The position numbers and the translations under genes were made by a program. The notes below the pieces were generated by a model. That model was not told the origin of the DNA. It ran no database searches and saw only the letters and a program-made list of their open reading frames with translations. 39,841 nt of DNA from contig CBDDTI010000155.1 in NCBI GenBank assembly GCA_965233585.1, positions 1 to 39,841 on the forward strand, in the 5' to 3' direction. The stretch is from a bacterium (GTDB lineage Bacteria; SAR324; NAC60-12). Of this stretch, positions 32,768 to 39,841 are shown piece by piece (the first letter of the stretch is position 1; each line of letters opens with the position of its first letter).

Positions 32768-32900
32768 TGTGAATGTAAAGCCAGACTTTGGACTTGCAGG
32801 TCTTGTGACATTTACCGGGCCACTCAGGCTCATGAGTTGTCAGAGTGTGAAACAGGTGCGGCTAGTTTCTCCGGTGGTTTCCCCCTTTAGTTTGTTTACA
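32768..32900 (+). repeat. 3' LTR
   Basis: 132 of 133 positions identical to the 5' LTR. Confidence 0.96.
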
Positions 32901-33027
32901 GGTTCCATTCCCCAAAATGTATATAGGGGGTGCATTCCTACCCAAAAATGATTAAATGTCCTTCATAATCTGCCCAAAATGTAGGGGCTACATTCCCCAA
33001 AATGGAGGGGTTCCATTCCCATTATCT

Positions 33028-33153
33028 GGGCTGGACATAGGGATGTCTAAGGGCTGGACATAGGGATGTCTAAGGGCTGGACATAGGGATGTCTAAGGGC
33101 TGGACATAGGGATGTCTAAGGGCTGGACATAGGGATGTCTAAGGGCTGGACAT
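33028..33153. repeat. Tandem repeat, 23-bp unit GGGCTGGACATAGGGATGTCTAA x5.5
   Basis: Perfect copies at 33028, 33051, 33074, 33097, 33120 and a partial one at 33143; each full unit contains GACAT-N4-ATGTC. Confidence 0.95.
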
Positions 33154-33173
33154 TGGGTATTGAGCCTATGGAC

Positions 33174-33327
33174 GTATTCAGCATTTGAATACAGAATAAG
33201 GGCGTATTCAGATACTGAATACGGGGTATTCAGCATTTGAATACAGAATAATGGCGTATTCGGATACTGAATACAGAATACGGGTGTATTCGGATACTGA
33301 ATACGGGTGTATTCGGATACTGAATAC
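33174..33327. repeat. Array of six palindromes GTATTC-N7-GAATAC
   Basis: Copies start at 33174, 33204, 33226, 33256, 33286 and 33309, with 3-11 bp spacers. Confidence 0.92.
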
Positions 33328-33549
33328 GGGGTATTTAACAAATGAATTGTTTTTAGATGGTTTCTTCTTCTCATTCATTTTTATGTAATTGCTGGGATGT
33401 GGCTTTATAGATAAATTATTTCATAAATAATTTATCTTAAAGTCCATTCATAGGTATAGGCTTTGCAATAGGCTTTTGAATGAGGTTAAGTGTATGGTTT
33501 GTTGTTATGGTTTGTGGTAAGGTTTGTTTTATGGTCTATTGTATCGTTT

Positions 33550-34465
33550 AGGTTGTTTTGTTTTTTCTTTGTTTTATGTGTTTGTTTTGATTTTGTTGTT
33601 GATTATGTTATAATCTAGGGAAAAGGGATAGGAAAGACACTTAAAGAGTTATTACCTATCTATAGTAGGTAATGGAGGATACTAAAGTCAAGGTAATGGA
33701 GGATACTAAAGTCAAGTGTGCTAAATGTTTTAAGGAAATGGAAGAGGGTAAATACAAAACTTGTGATAAATGTAGGGAATATATGAGGGCTAATCATCAA
33801 AAGAACAAAGAAAAATATAATGAAAGGAGGAGAGAGTATTATTACAATCATATAGAGGAGGCAAAGGACTATGCTAGAAATTATGGTAGGACACACAGTG
33901 AAGAAATAAATGAAAGAAGAAGAAATCATAGAGCAGAAAACATTGAACAAGTGACTGCTAAAATAAAATGGATGACCTGCCCTGTATGTGATGATTATGA
34001 AATTCAATGTAAGAATTACAAGAGACACACACAAACAACAAAGCATCTGGAGAACTTAAAGAAACAGCAAACATAAATTTCATTTTATAATTTCAAAATT
34101 ATAAAAGTGAAATTGTTTTTTGTTATGATTTATGGTATAGTCTTTTTTATAATCTATTGTATTGTTTAGGCTGTTTGAGTTTTTTGTTTTGTTGTTTTGT
34201 TGTTATGATTTATGTTATTGTTTTCTATAAGGTGGTGCTCCCCTGTCTTTGGTATTAACCCCATAGAATTTGCTTGTATAATAATGTGGGCGGTTAGATG
34301 AGAAAGACGGGGGAGCAACAGTCTAACTCTATGTTATCCCCAGTTCAGTGGAGATATCAACTTATATAGTTTAATTCTATGTTAAATATATCAGTTCTAT
34401 GAATTCTCATTTTTTTTAGTTTAATTCTATGTTATCCAGAGTTTTTTTTCTATTATCCCCAGTTC
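33550..34465 (-). repeat. Right terminal inverted repeat of the Polinton-like element
   Basis: Reverse complement of 2510-3365 with small indels; ends ...TTATCCCCAGTTC. Confidence 0.92.
33672..34076 (+). CDS. TIR-encoded zinc-finger/basic helical protein, right copy
   Basis: Near-identical to the left copy; intact CPVC...RHTQTTKH finger; 24-bp tandem duplication of the start (MEDTKVKV-MEDTKVK). Confidence 0.75.
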   Translation: MEDTKVKVMEDTKVKCAKCFKEMEEGKYKTCDKCREYMRANHQKNKEKYNERRREYYYNHIEEAKDYARNYGRTHSEEINERRRNHRAENIEQVTAKIKWMTCPVCDDYEIQCKNYKRHTQTTKHLENLKKQQT

Positions 34466-34920
34466 TATGGTTTATAAACCAACTTATATCAAAGAGTTTA
34501 CATGTGGTTATATTTATTTATTTGTATATATATATATGGTTTATAACCATCTGATATGGCTGTGGCTGAATTCTATGGTTTATGGATGTTTATGGCAGGT
34601 ATAACGAACTAGTGAAAATGGGGTTTATAAACCAACAAACATAGCTGGGGGCACCCCATCCCGTAGCCATGGTGATTCATATTCGTAATATAGGATTAAT
34701 GATGACTGGGAATAGTCGGATTATTCTCCAAGTACTGATTCATAGTAGGACTTAACTTCATAGTAGGACTTACTATTCCTGGGATGATTCTCCACTGATT
34801 GATGGGATGGGAATATCAAATGGTGAGTTCAATGGGATTTCAGGGGTGTCATGGGATTTTATGGTGATTATTAGGGATTTAATGATATATTAGTATGGAA
34901 TGTTGATAATTAATGGGATT

Positions 34921-35037
34921 TACCCTCTGGTTATTCAACATAGCCATGGAAAATGGCCCCTTTATAGATGATTTTCCCATTGAAACCTCCATTTATGAGG
35001 GATTTTCCATGGCTATGTTAGTCATAACCAGAGGGTA
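34921..35037. mobile_element. MITE-like host repeat (~117 bp)
   Basis: Terminal inverted repeats TACCCTCTGGTTAT...ATAACCAGAGGGTA; related copies at 35413-35531 and 2007-2073. Confidence 0.8.
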
Positions 35038-35412
35038 AACTGAGGGTAATAGGACTCACTGGGATTCAAGGGGATTTAACGGCTTTACCGTTTACCACAT
35101 TACAGTCATGAGATCATTGGGAATCTCTGGTGGTTTTTCAGTCACTCATAGAGTCACACATGGGAATGCCATAAACAACTACCATTTGGGGGGTGAAATC
35201 CCACCCATAATGGGATCATAGGGAATCAATAAAGGTTTAGTGGGATGTGTGTCAGGTTGTCATGCAATTTTATGGTGATTCTTGGGGATTGTTCACGAAC
35301 ATGTGGAGAGATCGACCCATTCGCTTCGATGAAATAAACCGGACTATAAGATGGCGATTTTCCAGATCTAACAACTTCGCTGAGGGTAAAGGATGGACAA
35401 AAAATAAATATA

Positions 35413-35531
35413 TACCATCTGGTTATGACTAACATAGCCATGGAAATTCCCCTATAAATGGAGGTTTTAATGGGAAAATCATCTATTTCTATGGGCCATT
35501 TTCCATGGCTATGTGAAATAACCAGAGGGTA
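35413..35531. mobile_element. MITE-like host repeat, second copy (opposite orientation)
   Basis: TACCATCTGGTTAT...ATAACCAGAGGGTA with the same internal CATAGCCATGGAAA motifs. Confidence 0.8.
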
Positions 35532-36027
35532 TAAATAAATGAGGAAAAAAACAGCCGTCATTAAATCCCCAAAAACAGTTGTTCGGTATACTAACCAGCA
35601 AAGGTTCCTTTGAGGAACCTGGATTTCATTCTGGAGTCACTGAGCTATTTTGGGTGGATGAAACTGGGAGTCACTGAGGTTGTTGTGCGAAATTTGTAAA
35701 GCTTCAGTAATCTATTGGATTCTTTGATTAAGACATCATTCGATAATATACTGATGACATTGTATGACATCATCTGACAGTCAATCTTATCTTTCATCTT
35801 TATATCGTATTACATTATATTGATGACTATCATATGATATATTGACTGTAAATCTTATGACATAATATTGATTCTTTCGTATCTGTATCATCTCTGTATA
35901 TTATCTCTGATAAAAAAAAATGTAATTTATCATGTTATCTTGTGACATCTTATCTTTCGTATCTTTCGTATCATTCTGTGCCACCCCGCCACGGATCCCG
36001 TAACGGATTGGGCAAACGGCGCGACGC

Positions 36028-36093
36028 CTCGGTATCCTCGGCCGACTTGTGACCAACGACTTGCACACCCAGCTCCATGTCGTTCAGTAACTC
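36028..36093 (-). CDS. Host gene exon, N-terminal part of PDZ domain (ELLNDMELGVQVVGHKSAEDTE)
   Basis: 66 nt, CAG acceptor, GC donor; LGVQV matches the PDZ beta-B strand pattern and joins in frame to exon 2415-2486. Confidence 0.7.
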
Positions 36094-36352
36094 CTGGAGC
36101 CCATGGCGAGAGATGTCGGATTTATCAAAAAAAGAACGGGAGAGTCGGAGAGTCTTCTTGAAGAACACAAAGATCTATCAGTCTATCTAGATATAGATAT
36201 AGATACAGCTATATTATATATATATATATATTCACGCATACATACATATATACCGTATATCTATATATATATATACATGTCTGTATATGTATATTTTATA
36301 TGTATCAAAATGCCATGTTTTCTCATCCACCAATCACAAATGGCCGAATCTC

Positions 36353-36418
36353 CTCCTCGGTGGTGTAGATCAGATTCTTCAGGGAAAAGGTCTTGGGGTC
36401 CCTGTAGAGCTGCAAGAC
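36353..36418 (-). CDS. Host gene exon (VLQLYRDPKTFSLKNLIYTTEE)
   Basis: 66 nt, CAG acceptor, GA donor, in phase with both neighbouring exons; the 3' end could shift by one GAG codon. Confidence 0.6.
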
Positions 36419-36753
36419 CTGCAACGGAGCTGGGATAAAGCCGGGCCATGGCGGCCATGGTCACATACAGGCGCAAAGTGGTTATATCGTGATTTCAATC
36501 TCCATTCTTGGATTGTTTCTACCTGATCTTCTTGGTGCCTACGTCTAGTTGTGAAAAGTCCAATGTCCGTAAATCTTAGTTTTGCATGATCAGCACATCT
36601 CAATTTCTGCTGAAAAATCTCACCAACAACTCATCCAAAAACTCAAAAACTCATCCCAAAAAAAACAAAAAAAAACATTTCTGTGGCCATACCTCCATTT
36701 TTTCCCGGTGAAGCCTCCTTTTTTTTCCTGGTGAAACCCATGGCACCGGTGAC

Positions 36754-36864
36754 CTTTGAGATGAAGACCGGCTCCCCGGACATCACCGCGTGGTGAAGCG
36801 CGGAGAAGCCATGCGCATCCGTCAGCCCCAGGAGGTACGGATAGTGGGAGACCATGGCACGCAC
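36754..36864 (-). CDS. Host gene exon, ankyrin-repeat-like (VRAMVSHYPYLLGLTDAHGFSALHHAVMSGEPVFISK)
   Basis: 111 nt, AG acceptor and GT donor, GC-rich; D-x-x-G-x-S-A-L-H-x-A ankyrin motif. Confidence 0.75.
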
Positions 36865-37418
36865 CTTTTCGCACGGTGAATTCAAAGTTCTCTATGTCAA
36901 TTGAATTTTAGATATTATACATATACACTATCTATATATACATATATATATATATAATATTACATATCTATTCTCCAACTGGGATTGATAATCACCAACT
37001 GGGATTGGTAGGGAGGAATGTTGATGGATCCCTGATCCTATCACCTTGATGTCAACCTTGAAGATGATGTTAAAGTCCCTGACTTACCAATCAATGTCCA
37101 AACCCTGCAGGATCAACGGCCGCACCAGTTTTCCAATGGCACAAGCAACGATACCCTCCCGCCGCAGGCAACACTGAGCCTATTCCCCGGCTACGGTGGG
37201 ATTTGGCTTTCATTGAGGACCCTTGGATATTCATCTCGAACAGGCAGTGATTTGTGATTCCCTCTACTTCAAGTTTTGTTCGAGATGCTGAGATTGCCAC
37301 AGCAAAATGCCAATATGATTCACTTCCCCATGGAACTTGATGTACAAGCAGTTGCAAAAATCAATCAAAATTTGCTCACTCAAAGAATGGACGTCTTGGC
37401 TTTTCCAATTTCCTCAAG

Positions 37419-39841
37419 TTACTGCTTATCCCCCGTTTTGGAACCATCTGACAAAGTGCGAAACCACTGCATCCTGGCTCGGGAATCAGACCTCGCGCGG
37501 AGAATCTGCGCTTCATCGTGCAAACTGTATCGGCCTCCCTCCATGCAGGCTCTGAGGACACTGGCGTCCATGCATTTGGTAAGTGCATCGGCTAGTTGTG
37601 CCTGGGATGGTACCCAGCGAATCATGATTCCATTGTTCAAAGTGTTCTTTAATCAGCTTTGCTTGCAGCTGTGTGCGAAACTCTTGACAACTGGGTGGAG
37701 CGTGGCGACTAATGAGGTCATACAAGAACTTACAGTCAGTGGTAATTATATCATGTTTATTGGAGTTGATCTGTTTAAGGAAATTGTATTGGGGTGGTGG
37801 TGCATTCGGTGTGTCATTACTGGATGGTGGGATTGCCGCAAACGCAGGTGGAAGTCTGAGTAGAGTTTCATCGGCCTGTTGCCATCGGCAGCTGCCATCT
37901 TGCAGCCAAGCCCAGTACAGACGCACCCAGGATAGGATATCCACGGCTCCTGCCAACGACATTGCCTCTGCCGACAACGTGCTAACAACAACCTTTTGTA
38001 TTTTCTTGGAGTGCCACACCACTGGGTTTACCGGACTGTTCTTGTTTTCTCCAATGTCCTTGTGACTGGCCATGATGATCATCCCTTGGTGTGAGTCGGG
38101 AACTTTTTCCGAAGCAAACGACGCATCAGAGAAGGCTACAAATCTCAGGTGTTCAATTGGAATTGGCTGGATTTTGATGGTGACGTTGGCAAACATTTTG
38201 GCTTCATGAAGGATTTTGTTGGCTTCAAGTAAAGTGGAAATTGTACACTTATTGATTTGTGATTGAAGCCATCCCAACTTACTACAAAGGTCAGGTCTAG
38301 TATTGACTGCCGCATATTGGAGAGAACCAACCAACGCTCGGAGTGATTGTCTTTCTGTTTCATTGACTGGGTCATTTGGAGTTTGACGGCGTTCTTTGGG
38401 AATTGTTATTGGATGTATATCTTTCACATATTGTTCTTGACTTACCCAAATGGATTGATCTTTTTGTTGGACAATCTTCAAACCAGTGAACGTGAATTCT
38501 CGGCTACGCTTGCTCCCAAAAGGATATTTGGCTTCAAGTTCTGCAAGACGCTTGTGAAAAACAGGAGACCCACAGCATAATCCATCATCCACATGAATTC
38601 CAATCATTCCTTCAGGTTTTCCTTGTTTATCTCTGAGTATGAAGGTGCATGGATCAAATGGAGCTGTTTCAAATCCCAATTTCTCTAAGCTTTGCTTGAG
38701 TTCTTGAAACCAGAGACACGGAGCATCTACCCTCCCGTAGGCTCCCTTGAGCAACCTGACAATTTCATCTTGGCGCAACTTCAGTTTGGTGCGCATTTCA
38801 GCAGGAGGTTCCATGCCCAAAACTCTGTCGCTGCATTCGGTTCCTCGCAAAAACGCTGTTTTGATATCAAAACTGTGTATGTCCCATCCAAGGCTAGCAG
38901 CATGTTGGAGTATGAGAACCCTTGATAGCTTTGACATGGTTGGGCTGTATCTTGGGATTTGATCTACCATAGGGTCTTCAAATCCGAGAACGACCAAGCG
39001 AGCTTTCGGCTTCTGGCGAGGCTGTTGCACGCCAGTGACTATCTTCGGATTTCCAGTGCTAGGACCTTCATCGACGTCCTTCCACGTCAGGATCCATCGG
39101 CATCGCAAGATGTTCTCAGCAGGGACCTGATTCCTCAGGATTCTACACACTGTGCTTGTGGCCAGCCAGCTGTCAACTTCCTTGGACTTGGCATCTTCAA
39201 ACAATTGACGATCTTTGGGACTAAGAGTTGATATCTTGACTTCACTTCTTTGGCGTTTTGCGGCTGAAACCAAAAAGGACATTTCTTCGGGTCGTGTTTC
39301 CTCTTTCCAGTGGTCGATATCCCTTTGGTTAATTTCAACTTCAAAATGATAACAGTGATCTTCATGAAGGTTGAATATAATTTCTTCATCCACGTACAAG
39401 CTTTCGCCTTCATCGGAGGTTTCAGGCAGTGGGACTTCATGTGCTGGTAAGTTTACTTGAGGGTTATTGTCAGGAAAGTTATGTGATGGTGATCTACTGG
39501 AAATTGATGTAATGTCCGGGTTCTTGATCTGGTTGATCTTTGGGTGACTCCACAGCTGGCCTTTCGGCGGGCTCTGGCATGTTGGGCCCATTGGCCTCGG
39601 CTGGTAAGCTTCCTTCGGTGCCTGGTGAGGTACCGATCGTGGGCGGGTCGGCTCCGGTGCTTTCTGGATTTCTTGGGGCAGTTGGATGAGGCAACATGTC
39701 ATGAAACTGAACACCACCATGAGTTGGTCGAATGCTCAAATCAGCAGGCTTTTGGGTCTCTTGCATTGGGTGGTGCTTAAACTCTTCAAATGCTGAAAGG
39801 CTTCTAACATATTCAGGGGGTACCCGGTAGAGCTTGTGGTG
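37419..39841 (-). mobile_element. Second Copia retrotransposon (RT-RNase H part; 5' portion outside the window; frameshift near 37640)
   Basis: CRWILTWK, KARLVVLGF, FDIKTAFL, HVDD, FSDASF, SAE, then RWVP...QLADALTK in another frame. A possible 3' LTR lies at ~37095-37378 (TG...CA) but cannot be confirmed. Confidence 0.9.

Larger units (their letters stand above)
25091..32900 (+). mobile_element. Ty1/Copia LTR retrotransposon nested in the Polinton-like element
   Basis: TG...CA 133-bp LTRs, perfect 5-bp target duplication GGTTC (25086-25090 and 32901-32905), PBS-like TGGTAGCGGAGC, gag-PR-INT-RT-RH order. Confidence 0.96.
2510..34465. mobile_element. Endogenous Polinton/Maverick-like virus (integrated dsDNA virus), ~32 kb including a nested Copia
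   Basis: Long terminal inverted repeats enclose an AT-rich, intronless, gene-dense cluster: rve integrase, PolB, capsid-like proteins, A32-like ATPase. The flanks TGTGGTT (2503-2509) and TATGGTT (34466-34472) form an imperfect direct repeat. Confidence 0.92.

Noticed and set aside
33028..33327. CRISPR array
   Set aside because: Repeats are palindromic but directly tandem or separated by only 3-11 bp; no unique spacers, no cas genes, eukaryotic context.
37095..37378. 3' LTR of the second Copia as a separate feature
   Set aside because: TG...CA ends are plausible, but the partner LTR and TSD lie outside the window.

Overview
Eukaryotic genomic DNA, most likely a dinoflagellate (Symbiodiniaceae-like; inferred from short exons with AG|G junctions, GC/GA splice donors and the repeat content). 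The window is a three-level nest. (1) A minus-strand host gene with an ankyrin-like repeat and a PDZ domain; its exons lie at both ends of the window. (2) Inside one ~33.5-kb intron of that gene, an apparently full-length endogenous Polinton/Maverick-like virus (~2510-34465; ~24 kb without its insert) with ~0.85-0.9 kb terminal inverted repeats. It encodes an rve integrase, a PolB-SF1 helicase-HNH-like fusion, major and minor capsid proteins, a packaging ATPase, a lipase, a fibre with an S74 chaperone domain, four GIY-YIG nucleases and a C5 DNA methyltransferase. Many of its genes have a TCTA motif just upstream, resembling the CroV/mavirus late promoter. (3) Inserted into a palindromic repeat region of the virus, a young Copia LTR retrotransposon (25091-32900; 133-bp LTRs, GGTTC target duplication) that carries its own C5 methyltransferase domain and an overprinted +1-frame gene. 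A second, partial Copia lies on the minus strand at the right edge. Several viral and Copia ORFs carry frameshifts. All protein calls come from motifs recognised by eye, not from database searches.
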